Positions 37,290 through 47,003 of a DNA stretch of 64,000 nt are shown here, piece after piece. The stretch is from Paracoccaceae bacterium. Lineage in GTDB: Bacteria > Pseudomonadota > Alphaproteobacteria > Rhodobacterales > Rhodobacteraceae. Below the pieces are notes generated by a model. That model was not told the DNA's origin, did no database searches, and was given only the letters and a program-made list of their open reading frames with translations. The position numbers were made by a program, and so were the translations under genes. How positions within the stretch are numbered: the stretch's first letter is position 1; every line of letters begins with the position of its first letter. The DNA lies in NCBI GenBank assembly GCA_039984715.1, contig JBDWUA010000001.1:43314-107313 (forward strand). The letters run 5' to 3'.

Positions 37290-38573
37290 TCAGCCGTCTT
37301 TGCGTAGCATCGCAATATAGAACCCATCCATGCCACCTTGATCCGGCCAAAAATCGGGTCGTAAGCGCAGCCCGTTCAAGTCATCAATCCATTCCGGATC
37401 AACGCCGATTCCATCAAACGCAGTCGCGTCGGCATTCATGTCTGAATGACGTTGCAACGCTTCTTCCACCTGCGCTTCGCCTTCATCCGGAAGCAGTGAA
37501 CATGTACAAAAGACCATGCGCCCCCCCGGTTTTAACAACGACCACGCATGGTCAATCATGGTTGCTTGCAGTTCGATCAACGCCCCAAACTCTTCTCCGG
37601 TTTTTGCAAATGGCAAATCGGGGTGTCGTCTGATGGTCCCTGTGGCCGAACAAGGCGCATCCAAAAGGATGGCGTCCCAAGTGCCTGTCAGATTCAATGC
37701 ATCGTCAACCTGACAGGTTGCTTTCAATCCGGTGCGTTCGAGGTTTTGCTGGACGCGCTGCATTCGGCCCTCAGACACGTCGACAGCAGTAACAACCGCA
37801 CCAGAGGCGGCCAATTGCATCGTTTTACCGCCCGGCGCTGCACATAGGTCCAAAATTTGTTCACCCGGCTGTGGTGCCAAGGCTTTGACTGGCAAAGCGG
37901 CCGCCGCGTCCTGAACCCACCATGCACCATCGCTAAATCCGGGAAGTGCAGTCACTTGTCCGGGGGACTGCAATCGAAGGCTACCCGAGGGCAATTGTTG
38001 CGCGTCTAGTTGTTCGGTTACAGTTGAAGATGGGGCTTTCAAGGTCAGATCCAAAGGCGCACCTTTAGCATGCGCGATCTCCATGCGGCCCATCGCTTCG
38101 GCACCCCAAGCCGCAACCAATGGTTTGCGAATCCATTTGGGCAAATGAGGCACGCGCAGCTTTTGCCATTCTTCGGTGCCTTTTTCGGCCACCTTACGCA
38201 GTACAGCATTGACCATCCCCTTGAGAGGTCCATGACGCTTGTGTTTGGCGATCAGATTGACGGCTTCGTTCACAACACCGTGGGCCGCACCGCCGTGGCA
38301 GAGTTCGACCGTCGCAAGGCGCAGAATGTTGTGCACTGGAACTGGCGGGGGTTTGCGCAGATGTTTGGCCAGCACACGATCCGCCCGTTCGAGCCAGCGC
38401 AGCGTGTCCAGCGCCAATCGCTGAGCACGTGCGCGATCTTCGGGTGCCAGATGTTCCAAAACGCCATCATTCAGCAATTCGGTGATCAATTTTTGATCAA
38501 TCAAAACGCCATCCAGCAATCGTATTGCGCCCGCGCGGGCCTGATCTTGTGCCAAAGGGTATCCCTTAATCAT
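37290..38573 (-). CDS. rsmB: 16S rRNA (cytosine967-C5)-methyltransferase, RsmB/Sun type
   Basis: NusB-like N-terminal domain plus a NOL1/NOP2/Sun catalytic core (LDLCAAPGGKT, DAPCSATGTIRRHPD, FCTCSL). ATG 38615 is an alternative start. Confidence 0.85.
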   Translation of the reverse strand: MIKGYPLAQDQARAGAIRLLDGVLIDQKLITELLNDGVLEHLAPEDRARAQRLALDTLRWLERADRVLAKHLRKPPPVPVHNILRLATVELCHGGAAHGVVNEAVNLIAKHKRHGPLKGMVNAVLRKVAEKGTEEWQKLRVPHLPKWIRKPLVAAWGAEAMGRMEIAHAKGAPLDLTLKAPSSTVTEQLDAQQLPSGSLRLQSPGQVTALPGFSDGAWWVQDAAAALPVKALAPQPGEQILDLCAAPGGKTMQLAASGAVVTAVDVSEGRMQRVQQNLERTGLKATCQVDDALNLTGTWDAILLDAPCSATGTIRRHPDLPFAKTGEEFGALIELQATMIDHAWSLLKPGGRMVFCTCSLLPDEGEAQVEEALQRHSDMNADATAFDGIGVDPEWIDDLNGLRLRPDFWPDQGGMDGFYIAMLRKDG

Positions 38574-38638
38574 GTGGTCAATGGGTTGTTTGATCCGGCA
38601 TGGGGCGTATATCAAAGCGACAAAGGAAGAAACCCGCT

Positions 38639-38821
38639 ATGTCCAAGACTTCTCCAAATCCAGATATTCCCGCCGCTGCACAACGTGCCCTAGCAGAAGC
38701 CGAAGAACGACGACTGGCGGCAAAAGCTTCGGAACAGCCGACCGAATTGGGTGGGCGCGACGGACCAGAGCCTGTGCGTTACGGAGATTGGGAGAATAAA
38801 GGTCTGGCTGTCGACTTTTAA
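38639..38821 (+). CDS. DUF1674 (SDHAF4-like) small protein
   Basis: 60 aa ending ELGGRDGPEPVRYGDWENKGLAVDF, the family-defining C-terminus. Confidence 0.8.
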   Translation: MSKTSPNPDIPAAAQRALAEAEERRLAAKASEQPTELGGRDGPEPVRYGDWENKGLAVDF

Positions 38822-38824
38822 AGG

Positions 38825-39178
38825 TCAGTTTAGGCGAAAAACGGCGGTGTCACCAGCGCTGCGATCCGAAGTAAACCGGATTCGATTGCCATTCACGCGT
38901 ACTTCTTGGCAATTGTACCCAAGCGCATCACCGCCCCAAAACAGGTCACGGCAAAAATACCCGTTTTGCCAGCTCCAATTGCCCTCGATATCCCAAGTTG
39001 CACCACGACCGCTGATGCGACCGTCTGCTGACACTTCGAGTTTGATCAGTGGGCGAGTCAGCTTCTTACCTTGAACAAATTCAACGAACTGTTCGAAGGT
39101 TTCGATTTTTTGCATGTCTGCCAATGCTGCACTGGATGCAAGCAGTGCGACGGTTCCAACGATCCATACCAATCGCAT
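38825..39178 (-). CDS. small exported hypothetical protein
   Basis: Signal peptide MRLVWIVGTVALLASSAALA. The 97-aa mature part is Trp/Gly-rich (WDIEGNWSWQNGYFCRDLFWGG). I recognise no family. Confidence 0.5.
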   Translation of the reverse strand: MRLVWIVGTVALLASSAALADMQKIETFEQFVEFVQGKKLTRPLIKLEVSADGRISGRGATWDIEGNWSWQNGYFCRDLFWGGDALGYNCQEVRVNGNRIRFTSDRSAGDTAVFRLN

Positions 39179-39245
39179 GAGGTTTCCCGTTCATCCCTTA
39201 ACGTAAGGGATACGCAACCCTTGGCAATTTGGATCATCTTTTAGG

Positions 39246-40112
39246 TCAGGTGCCAAAGATCTGTTTAAAGCGACCAATGCACTGTCGAAATCCCTCTTCA
39301 AACTGACCATTTCCCGGATGGAAGACGCTTTCGAAACTGATGACACCATCATAACCGTCCTGACGAAGGGCCTTTGCCAATGGCTCAAATTGATCGGCCA
39401 ATTGACCCTCTCCCATACGTCTCACTTCGAGTGTGGCGCGAGGTGTGTCGACCTGAACATCTTTGATATGAACATGCCCAAGATAGCCGTCTTTTACCGC
39501 TTCGTACCCATCTGGCCACGCACGTTCGTGACACCAGCAGTTGTTTGCTGGGTCCCACAGCACTTTCAGAACATCCTTGGCGTCCAAATCATCAATCAGT
39601 TTGCGACCGGTGTAGTTCGAATTGACCATCGTGCCGTTTCCGGTTTCCACGGCAAGGGTGATATTTGCCGTGCGCGCCACCTCAATGGCTGGAGCGATCA
39701 GCGAAAGCGTCTTGTCCCATGCACCATGCGCAACGTTCCATTTTTCAGCACCATTTTGCCCCCACAGGATTTGTTCCTTCTTATTCGTCATGATCCGAAC
39801 AAGGGGGCTGTCCACGATATCAGCCATGTCGATGACGCGCTTCAACGCGTCCATGTGCCGTGTATGTGTGTCGTCCCCGGGTGCGTTGGCCGTTGTCAGA
39901 CCTGCAAATATGTGGCGGCTGAGGCAGGAAACGGGTTTGCCGCGGTCCCGTAAAAGCTGGTCAATTTCATGAATTTCTGCGGGACTGTGATCACCCACTT
40001 CCTTTTCGCCGACAAATTGCAGCTCTGCAAATTCCAGATCAAATTCGTCCATGACGTCGACGGCGTGTGACAGGTCACGACTGATGCCGTCACAAATGAC
40101 TCCCAGTTTCAT
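39246..40112 (-). CDS. sugar-phosphate isomerase/epimerase (xylose-isomerase-like TIM barrel)
   Basis: 288 aa. It shows AP-endonuclease-2/XI-like TIM barrel spacing (LAVETGNG..., HVHIKD). Confidence 0.8.
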   Translation of the reverse strand: MKLGVICDGISRDLSHAVDVMDEFDLEFAELQFVGEKEVGDHSPAEIHEIDQLLRDRGKPVSCLSRHIFAGLTTANAPGDDTHTRHMDALKRVIDMADIVDSPLVRIMTNKKEQILWGQNGAEKWNVAHGAWDKTLSLIAPAIEVARTANITLAVETGNGTMVNSNYTGRKLIDDLDAKDVLKVLWDPANNCWCHERAWPDGYEAVKDGYLGHVHIKDVQVDTPRATLEVRRMGEGQLADQFEPLAKALRQDGYDGVISFESVFHPGNGQFEEGFRQCIGRFKQIFGT

Positions 40113-41011
40113 TTTGTGCCCTTTCTATGAAGCTCCGCACCGACGATTTCCTCTATGACGCGTGTGCAGACCCAATTGTCCCCATTGGGATATTTTGTAC
40201 GACCGGCATGAAAGATCTGCATTGCAGATGCAGCAGTATGAAGAGGCACGCCCAGCTCTTCGCCCAAGTTCATTGAGATGGTCAGATCCTTGTGCATCGT
40301 GTTGATGTGACTTCCCGTGCCTTCGAACTGACGGTCAATGATCTTTTCCAGGGCGTTGTTGACGACCCCACACCCGGCTGAAGACGTCGAAAAGACGTCT
40401 AGGATGACTTGTCCCGGAACACCGGCCTTTGCCGCCAATGCAGCGGCTTCGAAGGTGGCAGAGAATTGCGCGCCAATAAGCGATTGCAAACAGGCCTTCA
40501 CGGTTTGACCGTCTCCGGGGGATTGCCCCACGCGGTGGATGTTGGCGGACACGGCATCCATGACGGGCTTGTATGTATCAAGGAGGTTGTCTGGCGCGGC
40601 GGCCATCATCGTCAATGTGCCGCTCTGTGCGCCGGGGAAGCCGCCCGACACCGGGCTGTCGATCAAATGAAGGCCGCTTCCTGCCAGCCTTTCGCCAATC
40701 TCACGCGCCTCTTTCGGCTTGATCGTCGCCGTCAACAGGATGCACCCGCCTTTGGGCATCGTGTGCACAAGGCCCTGTTCGCCAAAGATCACATCTTTGA
40801 CCTGATCCCCGTTCATGACCATGATAAAAACAGCGTCGGTGCCCGTCCCAACATCCCCAGCAGAAGATGCCGCCTGTCCGCCCATGTTCTGAAAATCCGC
40901 CATCCGCGTGTCAATCAAATCGTAACCACGCGTTTGAAACCCATTGGTAATCAGGTTTTTCGCCAAGCCTGACCCCATATCGCCCAGACCAATTACCCCA
41001 GCATTCATCAT
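40109..41011 (-). CDS. NAD(P)-dependent 3-hydroxyacid dehydrogenase (HIBADH / 6PGDH-NAD-binding family)
   Basis: Rossmann motif AGVIGLGDMGSGLAKNL and the central DSPVSGG motif. ATGA-coupled to the downstream isomerase gene. Confidence 0.85.
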   Translation of the reverse strand: MMNAGVIGLGDMGSGLAKNLITNGFQTRGYDLIDTRMADFQNMGGQAASSAGDVGTGTDAVFIMVMNGDQVKDVIFGEQGLVHTMPKGGCILLTATIKPKEAREIGERLAGSGLHLIDSPVSGGFPGAQSGTLTMMAAAPDNLLDTYKPVMDAVSANIHRVGQSPGDGQTVKACLQSLIGAQFSATFEAAALAAKAGVPGQVILDVFSTSSAGCGVVNNALEKIIDRQFEGTGSHINTMHKDLTISMNLGEELGVPLHTAASAMQIFHAGRTKYPNGDNWVCTRVIEEIVGAELHRKGTK

Positions 41012-41071
41012 TGCGCGTCCTCCCTTTTGTGTTGGCAGGTTGCGCAGGGATCAGCGTTCAGGCAAGTGGTT

Positions 41072-42301
41072 TCAATCTGGTCGCTTCAGCTGGACGACGC
41101 TTGGGCTTTCCTCGATCTCTTCAAAATCAAAGTTATCCAGACGCCGCGCACGTTTGCCAGCCTTGTCGGCGCTGATGCGAATATCTGCGATGTCTTTGGC
41201 CGCTTGCCCGAAATGACGATCAAGGTTTCCGACGCGATCCCCCAGGCGGTCCACGTCTTTGAACAAAAGAGAAAGCTCTCGTCGGATCGCGCCCGCCTGT
41301 TCGCGCATACGTGCGTCTTTCAGAATGGCGCGCATCGTATTCAGCGTGGCCATGCAGGTGGTCGGCGATACGATCCAAACCCGTTTGTCGAACCCTTCGC
41401 GAATGATATCAGGAAAGGTCGCGTGCAGTTCGGCATAGACGGCTTCGGATGGCAGGAACATCAAGGCGCCATCTGCCGTTTCACCATCAAGGATGTATTT
41501 TTCGGCAATATCGTTGATGTGTTTGCGCACCGCCGTTTTCATCTGCCGCACCGCTTCTTTCAGCTCAAAGTCGCTTTCTGCGGCGCGCATCGCTTCGTAG
41601 GCTTCCAGAGGGAATTTGCTGTCGATGACAATGGGGCCGGGGGGATTGGGCAAATCAATCAGACAATCAGCGCGTTTGCCATTCGACAGAGTAGGTTGCC
41701 ACTTGTAGCTTTCTGCAGGCAGCGCTTTGGCTACGATGTCATGCAGTTGGATTTCACCAAACGCACCGCGTGTCTGTTTGTTGGACAGAATATCCTGAAG
41801 GCTCAGCACGTCGCCGGAAAGTTTGGTAATGTTGTCTTGGGCCTTGTCGATAGCAGCTAGCCGTTCTTGCAAAGCCGTCAGCGATGTCGCGGTTTGTTTG
41901 GACGAACCATGTAATGACTCGCGCATGCGTTCCTGCATTTCGGTCAAGGAACGTTGTGATTTCATCGCGTTATCGGCCAGCCGATCTTGCATTTGCTGCT
42001 GCACATTGGCCAGACGCGTTTCGACGGTTTGGATAACCTGCGTTTGCCCGTTTGTGGCCGTGTCGGACACGGTTTGAAGCCCGCCGCGCAGCTGTTCTTG
42101 GCCAAGGCTTAATTGCTGAACGTTTTGCCCCAAAATGCCAAGCTGTCGTGTCATCGGACCAAGCGCGCGGGCGGCCCGTGACGAAGCGCGCAGCGACAAA
42201 ATCAACAGCAACAACACGAGCAAAATCAGTCCAGAGGCGACCAAACCGGCCATGACAAACGGATCGTTTGTATCAAGCGTCAACGTACCAATTTGGATCA
42301 T
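41072..42301 (-). CDS. rmuC: DNA recombination protein RmuC
   Basis: N-terminal TM helix, long coiled-coil region, and a C-terminal RmuC nuclease-like domain (DCLIDLPNPPGPIVIDSKFPLEAY...MFLPSEAVY). The ATG at 42301 overlaps the mutL stop (ATGA). Confidence 0.85.
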   Translation of the reverse strand: MIQIGTLTLDTNDPFVMAGLVASGLILLVLLLLILSLRASSRAARALGPMTRQLGILGQNVQQLSLGQEQLRGGLQTVSDTATNGQTQVIQTVETRLANVQQQMQDRLADNAMKSQRSLTEMQERMRESLHGSSKQTATSLTALQERLAAIDKAQDNITKLSGDVLSLQDILSNKQTRGAFGEIQLHDIVAKALPAESYKWQPTLSNGKRADCLIDLPNPPGPIVIDSKFPLEAYEAMRAAESDFELKEAVRQMKTAVRKHINDIAEKYILDGETADGALMFLPSEAVYAELHATFPDIIREGFDKRVWIVSPTTCMATLNTMRAILKDARMREQAGAIRRELSLLFKDVDRLGDRVGNLDRHFGQAAKDIADIRISADKAGKRARRLDNFDFEEIEESPSVVQLKRPD

Positions 42302-44124
42302 GTGCGTCCAAACAACCTTTCGATGTCTTTCAATTTTAGCTCTACATATGTTGGGCGACCGTGGTTGCATTGCCCCGAATGAGGCGTGGCTTCCATTTCA
42401 CGCAGCAGCGCGTTCATTTCTTCGGCCCGCATGCGTCGTCCTGATCGGATTGAACCGTGACAGGCCACGCGGCTTAGGATCGCTTCCACTCGGGCTTGGA
42501 CTTGAAAACTGACGTCGCCATCCGACAATTCATCTAGGATATCCCGCAACAGTTTTGTGGCGTTGACAGTGCCCAAGATTGCAGGTGTCTCGCGCACGGC
42601 GATTGCGTCGCCCCCGAACGCTTCGATCACCAAACCCATGCGGGACAAATCGTCTGTATATTCTAGCAAAAGCGCAACTTCACTGCTGCTAAGTTCGACG
42701 ATTTCCGGGATCAGCAAAGCTTGCCTTGCCACGCCAGTTTGCGCCATCTGGTCTTTCAGTTTTTCATAGACAAGGCGTTCATGGGCTGCGTGCTGATCAA
42801 CGATCACCATGCCGTCCGCTGTTTGGGCAACGATATAGTTTTCGTGGACCTGTCCGCGCGCAACACCCAACGGCAAATCGGTGTTTTCAATGACGTCTTC
42901 AGTCGCCGGTTCATAGACCGCGCCGCTAAACGCCTCGCTCAGATCCGCGAAACCGGGTGCAGGGGGCAGTGCCATGCCGCGTGGCCCCAATGAGGGGCGA
43001 TCCATTTGATAAACACGTGGTTGCGTCGGTTCGGGTTGAATCGCGCCCAACGTGGCATTGGCGACAGTGGTCGATGCACGATGACCCGCATTTGCCAATG
43101 CCGCCCGAAGCCCAGATACGATGAGCCCACGTGCAATGCCCGGATCTCGAAAGCGAACCTCGGATTTTGCGGGATGTACGTTGACGTCGACCAAGGTCGG
43201 ATCGCAATCCACGAACAAAACGGCGGCCGGATGCCGGTCGCGGCTGAGGAAATCGAAATAGGCCGCCCGCAACGCACCGCTGAGCAGTTTATCTCGGACG
43301 GGGCGCCCGTTCACATACAGATATTGCGCGACGACCGTGCCACGCGAATATGTCGGCAAAGCAGCAAATCCGGTGAGATGCAGTTCTTCGCGTTGTGCGT
43401 CCAAGGCAATCGCGTTTTCAGTGAATTCCGCCCCTAGCACGTCACGCAAACGTCCTGACAATGCAGCAATCGGATCGCCTGTCTGAGCTTCTGTGCGAAA
43501 CAGAACCCGTGGGGCATCGCTGACTTCTCGTAATTCAAAGCGCACGAAAGGTTCGGCCATGGCCAAACGTTTAACTGTGTCCGTAATCGCCTGCAGCTCT
43601 GCCCGATCGGTGCGAAGGAATTTGAGGCGTGCGGGTGTTGCATAAAACAGATCCCGCAACGTGATGACGGTGCCCGCACTTAAGGCGGCGGGTTTTACGG
43701 GGCTGACCTTGCTGCCTTGGACGTCGATCTCGAAAGCTTCGGCACCGCTCACACGGCTTGTGATTGTCAATCGACCAACGGCCCCCAAAGACGGCAACGC
43801 TTCGCCTCGGAAGCCAAACGTATGAATGTTCAACAAGTCCGAGCCGTCGATTTTCGATGTCGCATGACGTGATAGCGCCAAGGGCAATTCGTCCGCAGAC
43901 ATGCCAAACCCATCGTCCGTAATCCGGATCAAGGTTTTGCCGCCTTCGGCAATATCAATGCTTATGCGGCGCGCCCCGGCGTCCAGTGCGTTTTCAACCA
44001 GTTCCTTAACGGCAGATGCTGGTCGTTCGACCACTTCGCCCGCAGCAATGCGATTGATCGCAGCTTCATCAAGCTGGCGAATGACAGGGCGTTCATCGTT
44101 TATGTTGGGGTTGGCAAGTGACAT
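42298..44124 (-). CDS. mutL: DNA mismatch repair endonuclease MutL
   Basis: GHKL ATPase N-terminus (IRQLDEAAINRIAAGEVVERPASAVKELVENALDAGA) and a C-terminal endonuclease domain (DQHAAHERLVYE). Confidence 0.95.
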   Translation of the reverse strand: MSLANPNINDERPVIRQLDEAAINRIAAGEVVERPASAVKELVENALDAGARRISIDIAEGGKTLIRITDDGFGMSADELPLALSRHATSKIDGSDLLNIHTFGFRGEALPSLGAVGRLTITSRVSGAEAFEIDVQGSKVSPVKPAALSAGTVITLRDLFYATPARLKFLRTDRAELQAITDTVKRLAMAEPFVRFELREVSDAPRVLFRTEAQTGDPIAALSGRLRDVLGAEFTENAIALDAQREELHLTGFAALPTYSRGTVVAQYLYVNGRPVRDKLLSGALRAAYFDFLSRDRHPAAVLFVDCDPTLVDVNVHPAKSEVRFRDPGIARGLIVSGLRAALANAGHRASTTVANATLGAIQPEPTQPRVYQMDRPSLGPRGMALPPAPGFADLSEAFSGAVYEPATEDVIENTDLPLGVARGQVHENYIVAQTADGMVIVDQHAAHERLVYEKLKDQMAQTGVARQALLIPEIVELSSSEVALLLEYTDDLSRMGLVIEAFGGDAIAVRETPAILGTVNATKLLRDILDELSDGDVSFQVQARVEAILSRVACHGSIRSGRRMRAEEMNALLREMEATPHSGQCNHGRPTYVELKLKDIERLFGRT

Positions 44125-44172
44125 GCCGCCATATGTAGCATGTCACCGTCCGATTCTGCTAGCACTTCGAAC

Positions 44173-45135
44173 CTAAGCGGCAAGCCCTTTTGAGCCGAGC
44201 CCCAAGAATTTTTCACGACGATCTGCAATCAAGCTTGATGCATCCATATCGGACAAATCTTCGAGCATGGCGGTGATTGCGTTCCCGACATCTTGGATCG
44301 TTTGGTCACGATGCCTGTGTGCGCCGCCAATGGTTTCTGAAACAATGCGATCTGTTACACCCAACTGCTTTAGATCTTGGGCCGTTAGGCGCAAAGCCTC
44401 GGCGGCTTCGCGCATCTTTTCCGCGTCTTTCCACAAGATCGATGCGCAGCCTTCTGGTGAAATGACGGAATAAACGGAATGTTCCAGCATCGCCAATCTG
44501 TTTGCAGTTGCAAAAGCGACCGCACCCCCGGATCCGCCTTCCCCGATGATGACAGAGACCAGTGGCACGCCAATTTGCAGGCATTTTTCAGTTGAACGCG
44601 CAATCGCTTCGGATTGCCCGCGTTCTTCTGCGCCCTTGCCGGGATAGGCACCGGGCGTATCAACCAGCGTGATCACCGGCAACGCAAACCGATCCGCCAT
44701 ATCCATCAGGCGAATGGCTTTGCGATACCCTTCGGGCCGTGCCATGCCAAAATTGCGTTTTAGGCGAGAATGGGTGTCATTGCCCTTTTCGTGGCCGATA
44801 ATGACAACGGGTTTGTCATTAAAGCGAGCAAGCCCACCCATTATCGCATGATCGTCACCAAAAGCGCGATCACCGGCCAGCGGGGTGTATTCAGTGAACA
44901 ACGTGTCGATGTAATCAATACAATGGGGGCGATCCGGGTGGCGCGCGACTTGGCATTTTCGCCATGGTGTCAGCGACTCGTACAACTCGACAAGTAATTT
45001 TGCCGCTTTGACGTCCAAGGCCGCAGCCTCGTCTGTGACATCCATGCCCTCGTTTTCACGGGCCAACGCGCGCAACTCTTCCGCTTTTCCCTCGATCTCA
45101 GCCAAGGGTTTTTCGAACTCGAGATATTGGCTCAC
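44173..45135 (-). CDS. accA: acetyl-CoA carboxylase carboxyltransferase alpha subunit
   Basis: [22 protein letters not shown]... and [24 protein letters not shown]. Confidence 0.95.
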   Translation of the reverse strand: MSQYLEFEKPLAEIEGKAEELRALARENEGMDVTDEAAALDVKAAKLLVELYESLTPWRKCQVARHPDRPHCIDYIDTLFTEYTPLAGDRAFGDDHAIMGGLARFNDKPVVIIGHEKGNDTHSRLKRNFGMARPEGYRKAIRLMDMADRFALPVITLVDTPGAYPGKGAEERGQSEAIARSTEKCLQIGVPLVSVIIGEGGSGGAVAFATANRLAMLEHSVYSVISPEGCASILWKDAEKMREAAEALRLTAQDLKQLGVTDRIVSETIGGAHRHRDQTIQDVGNAITAMLEDLSDMDASSLIADRREKFLGLGSKGLAA

Positions 45136-45192
45136 AACGGCCCCCTCATTTCTTTCAGGCCTATATGGCCGCGTGCGCGCGGCTTTGCAACG

Positions 45193-45789
45193 TTAGGGAA
45201 ACAAGACAGGATAAAGTGACAGGATCAAAAGGGCGGCCATCGCCCAATTGAACAGCTTTCGCTGTCCGGGATTTCGAAGCCAACGAGAGATTCCCTGACC
45301 AAGTAGCGTCCAAGAGCTGACGGCAGGAATATTGATACACCCAAAGACGCACGCGACCAGAGCGATCGTCGCAAGCGATGTGTCAGGCGTGTAAACGGTG
45401 ATTGCGGTCAGGGCCATTGCCCATGATTTCGGGTTAACCCATTGAAAGGCGGCAGCTTGCAAAAAGGTGAAAGGTGCCGGTTCTTCTGCGTCCTTTGTTT
45501 CAGTGGTCGCACTGCCTGCAATTTTCAGAGCCAGCCAGATCAGATAGACAACTGAGATGCCTTTTAGAATGGTGTGGCTGATCGGGTAGGTGGCAAAGAC
45601 TTGAATGAAACCGGTGCCGACAAGAATGACCATGAAGACAAAGCCAAGCCCAACCCCAAGCATATGAGGCACTGTTCGAACAAATCCGAAGTTTGCACCA
45701 GATGCCATGAGCATCAGGTTATTGGGCCCCGGGGTGATGGAGCTGACGAAGGCGAATATGCAAAGGGCAAGTATTAGATCATAAGTCAT
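45193..45789 (-). CDS. LysE/RhtB-family amino-acid exporter
   Basis: 198 aa with six hydrophobic segments. N-terminal ITPGPNNLM motif. Divergent from an Lrp/AsnC regulator gene. Confidence 0.85.
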   Translation of the reverse strand: MTYDLILALCIFAFVSSITPGPNNLMLMASGANFGFVRTVPHMLGVGLGFVFMVILVGTGFIQVFATYPISHTILKGISVVYLIWLALKIAGSATTETKDAEEPAPFTFLQAAAFQWVNPKSWAMALTAITVYTPDTSLATIALVACVFGCINIPAVSSWTLLGQGISRWLRNPGQRKLFNWAMAALLILSLYPVLFP

Positions 45790-45862
45790 GGCGCAATTAA
45801 TGATCGATTTCTGACGGCAATAAATTGCAAAGGTTGAGCGACTGCATTAATATTCGCAACAT

Positions 45863-46315
45863 ATGAGTGAATTTGATCAAATTGACGAACATATATTGCG
45901 TGAGCTTGAGCGCGATGGACGGATCAGCAATCTCGCTCTTTCTGATCGCGTTGGGTTGTCTGCTTCTGCCTGTTTGCGCCGTGTCGCAGCCTTGGAGCGG
46001 AGCGGTATTATTCAGGGCTATCGCGCGGTTGTTGACCGAAAGAAGCGAGAGCGCGGTTTCTTGGCCTATATCGGTGTTGGATTGAATGATCATTCGCGTG
46101 ACGCGCAGCGGTTGTTCGAAAAATCAATGGCGCAGGCCGAACCTGTGCGTGAGTGTCACAACATCACGGGAACAATCGAATATTTGTTACGCATCGAATG
46201 CGCGGATCTGGATGCATACAAAGCATTCCACACAGATTTGCTGGGTGCTTTGGCGCAGGTTAACGCAATCACGACTTATGTTGTGCTCGGATCACCGAAA
46301 GATATGCGAAACTGA
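45863..46315 (+). CDS. Lrp/AsnC-family transcriptional regulator
   Basis: DQIDEHILRELERDGRISNLALSDRVGLSASACLRRV HTH plus a C-terminal RAM/ACT-like domain. Confidence 0.9.
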   Translation: MSEFDQIDEHILRELERDGRISNLALSDRVGLSASACLRRVAALERSGIIQGYRAVVDRKKRERGFLAYIGVGLNDHSRDAQRLFEKSMAQAEPVRECHNITGTIEYLLRIECADLDAYKAFHTDLLGALAQVNAITTYVVLGSPKDMRN

Positions 46316-46355
46316 TATTTGAAGACGTGTTGGTTTGGCTTTGCTGGGTAAGGCC

Positions 46356-46826
46356 TTATTGAACCGCCGCGTCCGCGATTTTTGAAAAAGTCACGTCCAA
46401 TTCTGAGGCGATGGTTTCCAGCTCGGGTCCTGCTTCGCCAATATAGGGGGCGAATACGGTTGAGGGGTGTTTGTAGCTGAGCGTTGCAGAGCCGTTTTCA
46501 TTTTCAGTGACATAGAACCGAATCGGAGCTTCGATCATAGCAGCGGTCGATATGTTCAGGGTGCGCACAGCATAGACGTTGTTGAATACGCCGATGACGC
46601 GATTGCCAGGTATCTTGATGCCGCGGTTTTTAGCAGCGGCTGTTGGGCCAGCTTGTGTCACGACGCCAAATTTGTTGGCTTTTACTGCGGATTTTAAGTC
46701 GCCGATGAGTTGAGAATAAGATTTAGTGGTCGTCAAAACCGTCCAGCCTTCGCGTTGAGTCATTTCAGCAAACACTTGGCTGGAAAGTGCGATGGCCATT
46801 GCGATCGAAGACATAATTATGCGCAT
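46356..46826 (-). CDS. exported DUF302-domain protein
   Basis: The internal ATG 46826 gives the signal peptide MRIIMSSIAMAIALSSQVFA. The core (KFGVVTQ...VIGVFNNVYAVRTL...AMIEAPIRFYV) fits DUF302. Confidence 0.7.
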   Translation of the reverse strand: MRIIMSSIAMAIALSSQVFAEMTQREGWTVLTTTKSYSQLIGDLKSAVKANKFGVVTQAGPTAAAKNRGIKIPGNRVIGVFNNVYAVRTLNISTAAMIEAPIRFYVTENENGSATLSYKHPSTVFAPYIGEAGPELETIASELDVTFSKIADAAVQ

Positions 46827-47003
46827 GTGTGAATTTCCTTTGTGACAGGAATAACGTGCCACATATTTGGGTTCGGGCCAAATCAAATGCCCGTGGGGAT
46901 GATGACGGCGTGCGCGCCCTAACGGTCGCGACACCCCGCCCACCATCCCCGGCTTTTTGGCCTCAGCGTTTTTCGGGCCCGGCGTTTTCAGGCCCTGACG
47001 TGT

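Noticed and set aside
41027-41860. 277-aa ORF on the plus strand.
   Set aside because: It lies entirely antisense to the well-supported rmuC gene. Its composition is Arg/Phe/Gly/His-rich with no recognisable motif, which is typical of a shadow ORF in GC-biased coding DNA.
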